Counted from the first letter of the stretch, positions 1-14,008 are shown. The stretch is DNA of 64,000 nucleotides from Takakia lepidozioides (GCA_030704615.1 CM060731.1:95294001-95358000), one strand, 5' to 3'. Numbers and translations: made by a program. The notes: generated from the letters alone by a model not told the origin.

Positions 1-2830
1 CCAAGATGTTGGAGGCAACCCACAACAACATTGGCAGGGTTGCTGGGGGGCATGGTGTACACGGCAAGCTTCCAATTCCCTTTGCCGCTTGGTTGTCTTT
101 GAGGTGGTGAGACAGCCCTCCAGGCGATATCGACAAGCTGAAATTCTCTTTCCGGGATGGATATCGAATGGGGTCTGCCGCGTTTTACGTTTCCATTGAG
201 AACGGACCACGGAGCTTCCCGTGCCCACACTTCCGATGAGGTGACAAATGGGGTCCCCAATTGGCAAAGGCGAAAGAGGAGTTCAAGAGATCGATTGCTA
301 CTGATCCTCTTTTCCAGCACTGGTCCGAAAGATGTTGTACGTGTGGACGGCAATCATCGCCTCCTGGCATGGATGGAGCACATAGCCGAAGCCACCCCAA
401 CGATCTCGATTGGCATTTCGCCGTGAGTGGGTGTGTGAAGGTTGCGGAGCCCAAGATCGCAGTCTTCTCAAAGCTGCAATGGCGGACATCAACTCATAAG
501 TTACAAAGCTCTTGCTTGGACCCAAAATTTGTAAGTCATTTCATTGCGAAATCCTCATATTTGTTCAAAATTCCCATTCAGTATTGTTTGATGGAAATGT
601 GGCATTGCAGGGTGACTGAGAATGCCTTCATTGCCACCAACTTGTCCCATATGCTCTTCCGAGTGAAAGATGTCGGGAAAGGGAGGGGGTGCAAGAGTTT
701 GCCAATTTGCTCAGTGCCGACCTCCTGCGCAAGTCGGAGGCAAAAGGCAGACAGAAACTGGTATGCTGAGCATGGATGCCTGGTGGACTACATATTTGGG
801 TAAAGCTCCTGACAGTTTTGTTGAGCTAATCTGTCTCTCCTCCCCCATAGAAGAAAAAGTGTTGAACAGGATCTCTAATCTTATGTGCGCATTCTTGACA
901 GACAAAAATTCAGCAGGATTTGGCACATGCGCGGAGCGTTCTACATGGAGTCAGAGGAGAAGAATCTAACCCTCCCGGCACTCGAATCGTATCTCAAAGA
1001 TGCGGAGGTTGAGGGCCCGCATAAAGTACAAGTCGCGGATGGTAAAGTACGTGGCATAGCTGATCCCGCCCTGTGGTGCCGACTTTTGGGGCGGGGGGAA
1101 GCACTACTCCCGCGCTCTGAAAGCCCACGATGACATGGAGAAGCGCCATCGTCAGCCAAATCCTGTGTGGATGCAACAGAAAGGTGATACCTTCTTAACC
1201 AAATTGTGGTGGCAACAACTCGTTTTTGTTGTGGTGTTTGGCGCTTACGAATATGCTGGGTGGTTGACAGACCCGGTGGCTGCAAATCTGGAATGGTTCC
1301 CAAAGTACAAGGAGACATGAGGAGCTTCCCAAACCGGAACAAAACTGTCTGACCCGACATTCGACATGTGATGAACCGCATGACATGGTGGGTTCAGGTA
1401 CTTCCCCAGCGCTTCGTTTTGGCGCTTCTACTCTTGTAGGGGGTGGATTCATGGTATTTTTTTCAGGAATGCGATCTGATGGGAATCTCCACAGGTGACG
1501 ATGAATGCGCAAGAGCAGTGGACACACAAGCACATCAGTTCAAGATGGAGATTTCTCCTGCAGCCAGAGAGCCTATGCGACTATGTGACGATGTTGTTGG
1601 TGAATTTTGCTGTACAAAACCGACCTATCTTTCGGAAGATACCCCATGCCGCCGGAGCCACGAGTTCACCGACCAGCCAAACGCGGACAAAACAGCAATG
1701 CGCCTTCGTACAGGTACATAGTGATGCCTTCGTTTCAAATCCTGCATTTCAGGGATGTAAAGGCCTCATGTGGCGCATAAAAATTGATCCTTGGAAAAAT
1801 GGCGCCGAATGTCCAGTCCAGGGCCACCCAAAATGGCTAAGTCCCTAGAGTGGCAGGCACCGAAAACCGAAATTCGGCGCCATTTTCCATTTCAAGGACC
1901 AGTCAGTTTGGACTTAGCCATTTCGGCCGGACCTGGGAAAAATGGCGCCGAATTTCCAGTTCAGGGCTCCCCAAAATGGCTAAAGTCCCTGGGTGGCTGG
2001 CACCGAAAACCGAAATTCGGCGCCATTTTTCCAATTCCAGGGCCAGTTAGTTCAGCGGACTTAGCCATGTTCGGGCCGGACCTGGGAAAATGGTGCCGAA
2101 TTTCTAGTTTAGGGGCTCCCAAAATGGCTAAGTCCTAGGTGGCTGGAACACCGAAAACAATCAGCGCCATTTTTTCCAATTCCAGGGCCAGTCAGTTAGG
2201 GACTTAGCAATTTCGGCCCAGACCTGGGAAAATGGCGCCGAATTTCCAGTTCAGGGCTCCCCAAATGGCTAAGTCCCTAGGGTGGCTGGCACCGAAACCG
2301 AAATTTGGCGCCATTTTCCCAGTTCTAGGCCCAGTCAGTTCCGCCCCAACCTGGGAAAATGGTTGCCGAATTTCCAGTTCGGGTGTTTTTCATGAATGGC
2401 AGGTAATGCAAGTTCTCCCGTTTGGAGGAGAAAGGTCATGATGTCTTTCGACCACCATTCTTCCTGGCATGGAGGAACCCTGGGGTGACTCATGTACACT
2501 GAACGTTATTGTGAAGGAGTGGCATGTGGAACATTTGCGTGATTGCCTTGGTATGTGGACCTTCCGCCCGGATCGCTGACCCATCCGAGTTTCAATTGAA
2601 GCTGGATGCTGAGGCCCAACAAAACGGGCTCCGCTGCCTCCGCTGGGTCCAAAAGAGGCAAAAGCACTTGCAAAAACTCAGGAAAGCGGCAGAGCTTGCT
2701 CAGGCAGGAATCAGGAGAAATTGAATGAGAAGAATAAAGGCCAAAGGAAAAGGACAAGGAAACAGGTGGTACCGTAAAACCCCAAAAAACAGAAAAACCA
2801 TCGGGGCATCGGAGGAAGGGACAGGAGGGG
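1..2830 (+). pseudogene. Decayed, diverged paralogue of the ParB-like/MTase-like cargo gene (5' end outside the window; ends before the MTase part)
   Basis: Collinear peptides shared with the gene at 62243-64000 / 41882-46828: PGDIDKLKFSFRDGYRMGSAAFYVSIEN, DGNHRLLAW, RVTENAF..LSHMLFRV, IADPAL, KTAMRL, PPFFLAW. Intron positions match (acceptor ttgcag at 610; GT 1714 to AG 2402). Many frameshifts. Confidence 0.8.
1790..2385. repeat. Intronic tandem array, ~143-bp unit x ~4; each unit has inverted AAAATGGCGCCGAATTT / AAATTCGGCGCCATTTT and ATGGCTAAGTCC / GGACTTAGCCAT pairs
   Basis: GGCGCC cores at 1801, 1876, 1944, 2019 and onward; the units are directly visible. Confidence 0.9.
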
Positions 2831-3609
2831 ACCCAAGGACGTGACTCGGACGACGACTTTGTTCAAGGTCCTGCGACTGTGCTGCTACTACCAAGTCACC
2901 GATCGGTCCGGGTCCCAAGTCAGTTCGGAGTGGGAAGGCTCTGCAAGAAGTTGGCATTTGAGGGCGAGCCTCACACGGCGGGTATTCGGCGGTGACGTTA
3001 CGCACAGGCCAAAGCTAGAACCTCAACCATCATCCAATGCGTCAATGAGAGCTTCCTTGACGCTCTCGCTGCCAAGGCGAAGAAAGGTGGCACACATAGC
3101 AGCCCCCGAGGAGCACCACACATCAGTATATATTTTTTCGTACACTTCTAGCACTTTGCATCTGTATTGGCAGTATGGAGTCACAGGAAACAGATACATT
3201 GGAGTTGTCGCTACCCAGCTACCAGATCAGCCATTCGACTCTCACGACCTTCAACATCACGCCAACGCCCCGAGACGATGGGCCACCAATGCGACGCGTT
3301 ACTTCCTTGTTGAACCCCGTACGACGGCAAGTGGAGCCTACTCGAAGTCTGATAATTATGTTGGAGGTTGAGGCTTCGGACCCAGAGGGCAACGAAATCA
3401 TGTTTGAAGGGAGCTTCAGAATGCTCAAATCAATGCGTGGTCCCAAGTTCAAGGTTGTTGGACACTATCGATGGGTTGCAGGGACCTATAAAATCATTTG
3501 AATCAAGAACGAAGAGCCGAATATAGCAAGTACCATTCGCAGGATTTTGGATTTTCTCCAAATCTAGCAGCAGTCCAAGATTTTACCGCTCCTCAAGAAA
3601 CTCGACGCT

Positions 3610-4250
3610 AGAGGAGGGGGTGATGTCACGCACAATAGCCCATAAAAAACTTACCAGGAGTAAATACCAGAAGTACCAAGTTACCATGTTACGAAAGTTA
3701 CCATGACTTACCGTGATTTACCATGATCTACCATGATTACCATTACTTACAAGTTATCGGGAGTTTACCAAATTACCAAGAGTAACTTGGGAAAACACTC
3801 ATGAAGCTTCATTTGGAGGAAACTTCTCCATCAAGATACCTCATTTGTTTAAGGAAGCTTCTCCATCAAGAAAAGGTCCAAATGAATTTTGTTCGCTCCC
3901 AAATTTGGCACGCACGTTGCATATGAGTCATTACATGCCTCATTAAAGAACAGAATAAAAAAAAAAAAACACATGAGCATGCAAAACGCAGTCCAACAGG
4001 TCCCAAAGTAATAAACAGAGCCAACGGAATACATTCAACGGGTGAACGGATGGTTGCCCATCCAAATCATTTTTGTTGGCTTCCAAACTTTGCCAGGTAC
4101 GTTTGAGACACCCTTCTCACAAGTCTCGAACTAATATATGAGATCAATCAAAATTAATTCGATGGCTCAACGGATGGTAACTCTCTATGAAGAGTGCATG
4201 AAGTAGAACACAAATCAAGTTTGGAGTGCCAAAAGGGAAAGAAAGAAAAT
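3610..4250 (+). mobile_element. Possible PPT plus start of a 3' LTR of an unrelated retroelement
   Basis: Purine tract AGAGGAGGGGG, then TGTCAC at 3624 and short TTACCA(TGA) repeats. No partner LTR is seen. Confidence 0.35.
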
Positions 4251-4254
4251 GGTG

Positions 4255-4669
4255 ATATATTTCTGTGACTATCCACGGGGGTTTCACAAACAACCATGCC
4301 ATTTTATGGCGAACCACCACGAAGACCCTCGATTCCCGGTGATGGTCGCAGTGAGTCTTGCCCACCAACCACGGCCCCATTGGACCGTGGTGAGTCCCAA
4401 GACTCCCACGACCCACCACAAGATCTCCGCCCCATGGTGAGTCCTATGCCACCCCACTAAGTCCCACTAAGCTACCTCCACCCCTGTGTGAGCCACCCCC
4501 ACCGCAACTCGGTGTGCGGGGCTCCACCTAGTGGAGCGCCTCCGCCTCCAAGTGCCTTGGGCACTCAAGGGTGCTTCAGCCCCCGTACCTATTGCTGCCA
4601 CCGCCCCCACCCACAGGGACAGCCCCTCTGCGTCCCGACCCCCTGCCCTCAAGGCAAAGGGCCGTGACA
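4255..4669 (-). repeat. Truncated 3' LTR of copy A0
   Basis: Matches the family LTR from the TATA region to ...GGGCCGTGACA. Confidence 0.85.
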
Positions 4670-5578
4670 CACACCCCTACCAACAGGGAGTCGAGTCCTC
4701 ATGACTTGTCCATTTTGTAGAAACGAACATCCAAGTTGTGGCGTTCCCACATCAAGGAGTTTGTTTCCGCACCATGGCGTCCCCATGGCAAAGAACCAAC
4801 CCCACACTTGACTATACTCTCCATAGCTAGTTCGGTCGACTTCCTCCAAGTCTCGGCCAAGGGTGGAGCCTCTCAAGCTCCTCCAAGTGCACTCTTCTTG
4901 GCCTACTTCAAGGCTAGGGAACAATCCTCCCCGAGGATCAAATCGCCTTACTGCCAAACAAACATTGCTTGCGATCGCCTCATGATGCCGCTTTTGGCAT
5001 CACCTTGAGCAAGGGTTCAACTCGAACCCTTTTTACTACGAAGATAACCTTGAACCAAACCGTGCGCCCCCAATACACTACAATTGGGTCCGCCTGGGAA
5101 TGCTGGCCTGAGGTACGGGAACACGCCGAAGCCGCACTACGACTTCGTCCCGAGGCTACACGATTATAGTACGGTGAACGGAAGCACGTAGCTTCTGCGT
5201 TAGCCCGCCACTACAAGGCAACCCCCTCGGTAGCGCAATTATAGTACGCGCACGCGTCAGGTGCACACTAGCACGTGAACTCCCAAAGAAGGCGCAAGTT
5301 TCTTTGCTCCTTGGATGGGAGTCACCCGATTTCGGCTCTGCGGCAAACACACGCTTAATCCAATTTACCTCTCCCACTTGTAAGTTAGCATGCATTCTAC
5401 ACAATAGCCAACCATACCTGCATCACCTTCCAAACCAAACATAGGAGACGCAACCATTTGGAAACCATTTCATTTATAACAAAAATTTGTACAACACAAG
5501 TTTTTGCAATCGGATCTTGAGCTAGCTAAGCCGGGCTAAGCATGCATTTCCTCCCACTGATCCAAGTTGATGTGCCCA

Positions 5579-8182
5579 TCACGCTTTCTTCCGCTTTTGA
5601 GGTCGCCCTTCGAAAGCTGTTGCAACTGCCTCGGATGCGTTTCCCATTTTTGAGGATGCACCCAGAGCCTCCACATGATGATAGCCCTTCCATTTCACGA
5701 GATACTCCGTTTCTTGATTCTTGAACCTCCTCGACTTAAGCACTGCCTCCACCTCGTACTCAGGTTCATTTTCATGATCCAACAGCACAGGTGGCGGACG
5801 CAACACTTGAGTGCCGATTTGGACGCGCTTCATTTTGAAGTAAGGTTCAAAAGGGAGTTGTGGAATTACCAGATGCACCTGGTGTTTGCTGGCAGCTCCA
5901 ATTCATATACATCCTCATTCATAACCTTCCGGATGCGAAAGGGCACGCATACGGAGGGGTACGTACAAAATTCGGGCTCACTTCCGGAGGTAGTCGGAAA
6001 TTCTTGATGTTCAACCAGACCTCCGTGCTTGCCTCAAACTTAACTTCCTCCGCTTCCGATTCGCCTGCCTTTCTACCATTTCTAGCTTTGGCAATGGTAC
6101 TTTGCGAGCTTCAACAAACGCTCGCGTTCTTCCAGCACCGTGGCTGCTGCTGGTTCCTCAACATCTGGGCGGCCCAACTTGTCGGCACCAGAGGTGCTTT
6201 CCATAGACCAATATGAAAGGGAAAATCCGTGTTGCGGAGTGTTTTGTGTTATTATAACAGAACTCTGCCGCATCCAAGTGCTCCACCAGTCGATTGGTCT
6301 GCCGACACGTAATTCCGCAGGAATGCTTGCATGTCCAAAGTGCCCTCCAAAATTACTCATAAACTTTGTGATCGCGGTCCGAGACAATATCCTTTGGGAG
6401 TCCATGATGCTTGAAGACGTGGGCGAGTAAAGTAGACCCGTCTCCTGCGCCGTTGTCGTCTCATTGGTGGGGATGAAATGGCCCTTTTACTGAACTTGTC
6501 CACCACCACCATGATCACAACGAAATCCTTTGACAGCGGCCATAGCAGTCATGAAATCCATTGAGACACTTTTCCAAGACCCTTTTGGAATAGGCAAGGG
6601 TTGTTAACGCCCCACCTTGCTTTTTGTACTCGCTCCGGTTTTGTTGGCATGTGGTGCATGTTTTGACATACTCCTTGGCCTCCTCCCTCAGTTTGGGCCA
6701 GAAATACTCTTCTTCAAGAGTGCCGCGGTGCGCTTGGCTCCGCCGTGGCCGCAAGCGGGCCATCATGGAATTCCCTCAAGGAACTATCTCTCATCCATCC
6801 CTTCGGCACGTAGAGGGCTTTTGCTTATACTGGATCAGTCAGTTTGCAAGTGGCTTGACGATTTTTTTAACCCCCATCCTAAAGCCCAGCATCACAGATT
6901 CGCCATCTTCATCCTTCCGGGTAAGCCTCCGGATCTTTCTTGGAGCATCGTTTGCCCCTGTACACCAACATGAGCTGCTGCTTCTACTTTAAAGCATCGG
7001 CCACCACATTGTCCCGTCCCGGTTTGTACTGATATCCAGTCAAACACCGCCAAAGTATTTGCCACTAAGTTTTTGGGGACTACTTAGGCTGCGTGGCAAA
7101 ATACTTCACCGTGACATTGTCCGTGAACACCTTCACGGGTTGGAACCAAACATAGTGGCGCCAAAGATCAAGGCCATGCACCACCGTCTTCATTTCCTTC
7201 TCATGCGCTAGGCCACTTGTCGCTCTACTTCATTCAGTTTTTTTACTTTTGTAAGCCACTGGACGTCCATCAGATGAGTACACCCCCTACAGCGGAAGTC
7301 CGACGATCCGTATGAATCTCAATGGACGGTCGAACTCGGGATTTGAGGACTGGAGCTTCCGCCATCCGCTGCCTCAACTCGGCAAAAGCTTGACCACAAA
7401 AGGTGTTCCATACCCAGACTTTGGATTTACACAGAAAGGTCCAAAGAGGCCCGCGATCTTGGCGAAATTTCTCACATACTTCCTGGTAATAGGAGGGCGA
7501 GTCCTAGGAAGGATCGCACTCCCGGGACCGAAGTCGGAGGCTCCCAGTCAAGATCGCCATCACCTTTCTGCATCCATTTGATACCATCCTGTGTAATCAC
7601 ATGCCCAGGAACTCCACTTTTGTGAACCTGAATTCGCACTTTGAAGCTTTGGCATACAGCTTCCATTCCCGCAATTTTGGAACACCTTTTGAGGTGCTCC
7701 AGGTGCTCTTCCTTTGTTTCGAGTACACCAGATGTCGTCGATGTACACGATCACAAAGTCATCCAGCCACTCCTGGAAAAAGGCTTGTTCATTAACGTGC
7801 TAAAGGTCGCGGGTCGATGGTGAGTCCAAAAGGCATCACCAAGAAATCATAGAACCATACCTGTCCTGCACGCGGTCTTCTCTTCATCTCCTTCCGCCAC
7901 TCGGATTTGATGGTAGCCGGAGCGCAAATTATATCCGGCTGAAATTACTTCGCTCCTGCCAAAACCGATCGTCGAAAGAGGTCGTCGATCTTGGCAAAGG
8001 GTAACGGTTCTTGATAGTCACCTTATTCAGAGCCTGTAGTCGACACACATCCGCAGCGTCCATCCTTCTTGTCTGGCGATAGCACCGGGGTCCTTTGTAA
8101 GGCTTACTCGGGCCGGGATTGTACCCCTGTGACATTAGATCCTTGAGCTGCGTCTTAGCCGACCAACTCTCTGTGGCTCAAC
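5579..8182 (-). pseudogene. pol: Degenerate pol (RT, RNase H, integrase, chromodomain) of copy A0
   Basis: [63 protein letters not shown], heavily frameshifted. Confidence 0.9.
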
Positions 8183-8909
8183 TGTCGCGGCCCTTTGCCT
8201 TGAGGGCAGGGGTCGGGACACAAGGGGGTGCCCCTGTGGTGGGGGCAGTCGGAGCGATAGGTATGGGGGGGCTGAAGCACCCTTGAGTGCCCAAGGCACT
8301 CAAGGAGGCAGAGGCGCTCACTAGGTGGAGCCCCCGCACACCGGGTTGCGGTGGGGGTGGCTCCACAAGGGGTGGTGGTAGCTTAGCGGGACTTAGTGGG
8401 GGTGGCATAGGACTCACCATAGGGCGCAGACCTCGTGGTGGGAGTCGTGGGGAGTCTTGGGACTCATCACGGTCCAGGGGCCGTGGTGGAGTGGGCCAAG
8501 ACTCACCGCGACTCATCACCGGGAGTCAAGGGTGTTCGGGTGGTTCGCCATAAAATGGACATGGTTGTTTGTGAAACCCCCGCGGACAGCTACAGAAGTA
8601 TATATAGGGAGTAGTAGTAAACCGGAGAACGGTGCAAGCCCGTTGGTGACCAAAAACTAGTGAGTAAGCGAGCGAGCCGGAAAGCGACCAAAGAGTGGGG
8701 AGCTGTTCCGGACTGCCAACTACCAAAGGGAATTCCGCTGGTTTGAAATAGGTGGAGGGTTCTTGGGAGATCAAGGGGGGGACCGTTATGCCCCGGTGAG
8801 CAGCCGGAGCTCCAAGTTGGCCAAGCGGCCAGGGTGGGGAGTTAGGCGTGCGCATCAAGCGAGTAACTATGACTTGAGGGGAGAGCTTACCGAAATGAGG
8901 TGCGCGACA
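8183..8909 (+). repeat. 5' LTR of A1 (727 bp)
   Basis: TG...CA termini, internal TATATA, followed by the PBS. Confidence 0.95.
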
Positions 8910-8911
8910 CT

Positions 8912-8923
8912 TGGTATCAGAGC
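8912..8923 (+). promoter_or_regulatory. Primer-binding site complementary to the 3' end of tRNA-iMet
   Basis: TGGTATCAGAGC 2 nt after the LTR; also present at 17220-17231, near 20156 and near 33597 on the minus strand. Confidence 0.95.
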
Positions 8924-8963
8924 TTAGAGTTCAGTACGCGATCGTCTTTGGATTGGCCTCATC

Positions 8964-11900
8964 ATGGGGTCAGGCAAGCCAAAGCAAAAGCGGAACGGCC
9001 CAAAAGATGATGATCATGGTGAGCGCGATGGGGGCGACGTGTCACCGAGGCGGCCGTTTGAGGAAGCGATGCATGTTTCCGAAAACGAGGCCGCTCAAGA
9101 GCGGGAGGAATCTGAGGAGTCGGAGCCCGAGGAAGTCCCTGAGAGCTCCGACCGACCAACAGATGCCTCCCATGCCGACAGCCTTTTGGGAAGGGTTGTT
9201 GGCGCAGTTTGGCGGGACGTTGAAAGACGTGTTGAAGGCGGCTAATGCCACTTCCACTAAGGCTAAGTTTAAGGTGAAGCCTAAGGAACCCGGTACCTTC
9301 GAGGGCGTCCAAAATCGGAAGGCACTCGACACCTGGCTCTTGGAGCTAGAGCAGTACTTCCGGGCGGCCAAGTTGAGTGACGAGGATCGGGTGGAAGTGG
9401 CTCCCACCTATTTGAGGGGCTATACTCAACAATGGTGGCAGAAACGCCTTCACGACCGAGGTCTAAGCCCGGAAACCTTGAACTGGAGTGGGTTCAAGGA
9501 ATTGATGAAGAGGCAGTTTGTGCCCTTCAACGCGTCCTGGCTCGCCCGGGACAAGATGAGGAATTTGAAGCAAACAGATGACATTCAGGGATATGTCTAG
9601 GCTTTCAATGTGTTGTTGCTTGAAGTCGCGGACATGGCAGAACCAGAAATGGTCTTCAACTTTGTGGCGAGACTGGCCCCATGGGCCAGGCGGAAGTTGG
9701 AGGAGAAACCACCTAAGACTTTGAACGAGGCAATTGAGAGGGCTGCATGTTTCTCGGATGTCCCTAAGGGTGAAAAACAAGGCCGTACGGAGCTGAACCA
9801 CAAGAAGACCCGGCGGGAAGGTGACTCCTTCCGACCGGAAAAGAAGTGGGATAGGCCACGCGGCGACAATGGCACGTGGAAATTGAAGGGAGGGCCTTCA
9901 CAAGTCAAGGCGGCACCCGGTGCTTTGAAAGGAAAAGTGGGTGGAGCGGCCTATGGCGGACAGAAGGTGACCTTTGATAGAGTGTGTTTCAATTGCGGGG
10001 AGCCCAGGCACATGGCCAAGAAGTGCACGAAGCCCCGACAATTGAACATGACTCGGGCGACCACAAAGCTGTCGGAAGATACCATCAGTCGCTTGGTGGA
10101 AGCGGTGGTCGCCAGGACTTGCAAGGTAGGCAAATTTTCTTGTGAGTTGTATCAGGAAACTGGCCCCTTACGTAAAGGGAGTCAGTTATTGTTCGTGGAT
10201 GGGATAATATCCGGAACTTACGTGTCGTTGTTGGTGGACATAGGAGCGTCGCACTCCTTCATGACACCGGCAACGGCACAAAAGCTGGGACTCCCGACAA
10301 GTGACGTGGGGGCCTCTATTGAGGTGCGTTTTGCCAAAGGAGAACCGCAATTGGCGACAAGGTTGGCGTTTGATGTTCCTCTTCAACTGGGGAGTTGGGA
10401 GGGATGTGAGAACTTCACCATCTGCGAGATTGATGGAGTGGATCTCATTTTGGGGATGACCTTATCCGGAGCGGTCATAGATGGCCGCAAGAGAGTAGTC
10501 ACGCTGCCATGTGGGAATGGTGGCGAGTTCTTACGAGTGTCGGAAACGCCCAAGCCGTGGGAGGGCGAATAAACCTTCTGTCAGCAAGGGAGTGGGCCGT
10601 GGAGGAGGCACACGAACCCCAGTTTTTGCTTTACATTAGAGAAGTGAAAGGAGAAGGCGATGGGGAGCCGAGCCCAGATTGGATCAAGGGGATTTTGGAG
10701 AAATACCAGGATGTGATGCCGGAGGATTTACCAAGCGGCTTGCCACGCGAAGAGGAGTTGACCACAAGATTGAGGTGATACCGGGATCGGAACCGCCTGC
10801 CAAGGCGCCCTACCGGTTGAGCCACAGAGAGTTGGTCAAGCTGAAGACTCAGCTCAAGGATCTAATGTCAAAGGGGTACATCCGGCCGAGTAAGTCACCT
10901 TACGGAGCCCCGGTGCTATTCGCAGACAAGAAGGATGGGACGCTGCGGATGTGTGTCGATTACAGGGCTCTGAATAAGGTGACTATCAAAAACCGGTACC
11001 CTTTGCCAAGGATCGACGACCTCTTCGATCGGTTGGCAGGAGCGAAGTATTTCAGCCGGATCGACTTGCGCTCCGGCTATCATCAAATTCGAGTGGCGGA
11101 AGGAGATGAGGAGAAGACCGCGTGCAGGACAAGGTACGGTTCATATGAGTTCTTGGTGATGCCTTTTGGGCTCACCAATGCACCAGCGACATTTAGCACG
11201 CTAATGAACAGCCTTTTCCAGGAGTGGTTGGATGACTTTGTGATCGTGTACATCGATGACATCTTGGTGTACTCAAAAAACAAGAGGAGCACCTGGAGCA
11301 CCTCAAAAGGGTGTTCCAGAAATTGCGGGAAGGGAAGCTGTATGCCAAAGCTTCAAAGTGCGAATTCGGGGTCACAAAAGTGGAGTTCCTAGGGCATGTG
11401 ATTCACAGGATGGGATCAGAATGGATGACAGGAAGGTGAGGGCCATCTTGGACTGGGAGCCTCCGACTTTGGTCCCGGGAGTGCGATCCTTCCTAGGACT
11501 CGCCTCCTATTACCGGAAGTATGTGAGAAATTTCACCAAGATCGCGGGGCCGCTGTCAGACCTTCTGTGTAAATCCAAAGTCTGGGCATGGAATACCTTT
11601 TGTGGCCAAGCTTTTGCTGAATTGAAGCAGCGGTGGCGGAAGCTCCAGTCTTGAAAATCCCGGAGTTCAATCGTCCGTTCGAGATTCATACAGATGCGTC
11701 GGACTTCGTGATTGGGGGCGTACTGATGCAAGATGGACGTCCAGTGGCTTACGAAAGTAAGAAACTGAATGAAGTGGAGCGACATTGGCCGATGCACGAG
11801 AAGGAGATGAAGGCGGTGGTGCACTGTCTTGAGCTTTGGCGCCACTATGTTGGTTCCAACCCAGTGAAGGTGTTCACGGACAATGTCACGGTGAAGTATT

Positions 11901-13105
11901 TTGCCACGCAACCCAAGTTGTCCCCAAAACAACTTAGGTGGCAAGATACTTTGGCGGTGTTCGACGTGGATATCCAGTACAAACCGGGATGGGACAACAT
12001 GGTGGCCGATGCTTTAAGTAGAAAGCAGCAGCTCTTGTTGGTTTACAGGGGCGAGACGGCGCTCCAAAGGAAGATCCGGAACGCTTGCCGGAAGGATGAG
12101 CTGGCAAAGTCCGTGATGCAGGACTTGAGGATGGGGGTTAAATCGCAGTTCCACTTGCAAAATGGACTGCTCCGGTATAAGCAAAAGTGACTCTACGTGC
12201 CGAAGGGAGGGATCAGAGATAGCCTCTTGAGAGAATGCCATGATAGCCCGCTTGCGGGCCGCGGCGGAACCAAGCGCACTACGGCACTCTTGAAGAAAGA
12301 GTATTTCTGGCCCAAACTGAGGGAGGAGGCAGAGGAGTATGTCAAGACATGCACCACATGCCAACAAAACCGGAGCGAGTACAAAAAGCAAGCGGGGCTG
12401 TTACAACCTAGCCGATTCCGGAGGGGACTTGGGAAAGCGTCTCGATGGATTTCATGACTGCTATGCCGCTGTCAAAAGGATTCGATGCAATCATGGTGGT
12501 GGTGGATAGGTTCAGTAAAATGGGCCATTTCATCCCCACCAAGGAGACGGCAACGGCACAGGAGACAGGGCGACTTTACTTCGGCCACGTCTTAAAGCAT
12601 CATGGAGTCCCGAAGGATATTGTCTCGGACCGCGATCCAAAGTTTACGAGTAAATTTTGGAGGGCACTTTGGAAGAAGATGGGGACGAGGCTGAAGATGA
12701 GCACCGCCTTCCGACCTACGACCGACGGCCAAACGGAAAGAGTGAATTCCGTAGTGAAGCAATTCTTGCGATGTGTATGAATTGGAGCTGCCGGCAAACA
12801 GCAAGGTGCACCCAGTATTCCATGTCTCCCTTTTGAAGCCTTACTTCAAAGATGAAGCGCATCCGAATCGGCATCAAGTGTTGCGTCCGCCACCTATGCT
12901 GTTGGATCATGAAAATGAACCTGAGTACGAGGTGGAGGCAATACTTAAGTCGAGGAGGTTCAGGAACCGAGAAACGGAGTATCTCGTCAAATGGAAGGGC
13001 TATCATCATGTGGAGGCATCTTGGGTGCGTGCCTCAGAAATGGGAAACGCATCCGAGGCGGTTGCAGCTTTCGAAGGGTGACCTCAAAAGCGGAAGAAGC
13101 GTTGA
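8964..13105 (+). pseudogene. gag-pol of A1 (Gag, zinc knuckle, protease, RT, RNase H, integrase with internal deletion, chromodomain)
   Basis: CFNCGEPRHMAKKC; LVDIGASHSF; [48 protein letters not shown]; TDASDF; TDGQTER; chromodomain. Integrase KQFLR is joined directly to DVYELEL at ~12770. Contains stops and frameshifts. Confidence 0.93.
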
Positions 13106-14008
13106 TGGGGACATCAACCTTGGAGCGTGGGGGAGGAAATGCATGCTTAGCCCGGCTTAGCTAGCTTAGGAATCCAATTGCAAAGACTTGTATTGTACAA
13201 ATCGTGCTATAAATGAAATGGATTCCAAATGTTGTGCGTCTTATTTTGTTTGGAATGGTGATGCATGGTATGGTTGGCTAGTGTGTAGAATGCATGCTAG
13301 CTTATAAAAGTGGGAGAGGTAAATTGGATTAATCGTGTGTTTGCGTAGTGCCAAAATCGGGTGACCCCCATCCAAGGGGCAAGGAAACTTGCGCCTTCTT
13401 TGGGAGTTCACGTGCTAGTGCGCACCTGGCGCGTGCGCGTACTATAACTGCGCTACCGAGGGGGTTGCCTTGTAGTGCGGGCTAACACGGAAGCTACGTG
13501 CTTCCGTTCACGTACTATAATCGTGTAGCCTCGGGACGAAGTCATAGTGCGGCTTCGGCGTGTTCCCGTACCTCAAGCCAGCATCCAAGGCGGACCCAAT
13601 TGTAGTGATTGGGGCGCACGGTTGGTTCAAGGTTATCTTCCTAGTCAAAGAGGGTTCCAGGGAACCCTTGCTCAAGGTGATGCCAAAAGCGGCATCATGA
13701 GCGGTCGCAAGCAATGTTGTTGCAGTAAGGCGATCCGATCCTCGGGGAGGATCGTTCCTTGGCCTTGAAGTAGGCCAAGAAGAGTGCACTGGGAGGAGCT
13801 AGAGAGGCTCCACCCTTGGCCGGGACTTGGAGGAAGTCGGCCGAACTAGCTAGTGGAGAGTAGAGTCAAGTGTGGGGTTTGGTTCTTTGCCATGGGACGC
13901 CATGGTACGGAAACAAACTCCTTGATGTGGGACGCCACAACTTGGATGTTCGTTTCTACAAAATGGACAAGTCGATGAGGACATCGACTCCCTGTTGGTA
14001 GGGATGTG

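Noticed and set aside
2841-3501. ORFs of 176 and 108 aa
   Set aside because: No recognisable motif or homologue in the window.
3624-3633. TGTCACGCAC as the missing end of the A0 3' LTR
   Set aside because: Only 10 bp match, the following sequence is unrelated, and the flank does not match the CGCT at the other end.
8287-8858. Gly/Pro-rich ORFs and G-tracts recurring in every LTR
   Set aside because: By-products of the GC-rich U3 sequence; frames are not conserved among copies.
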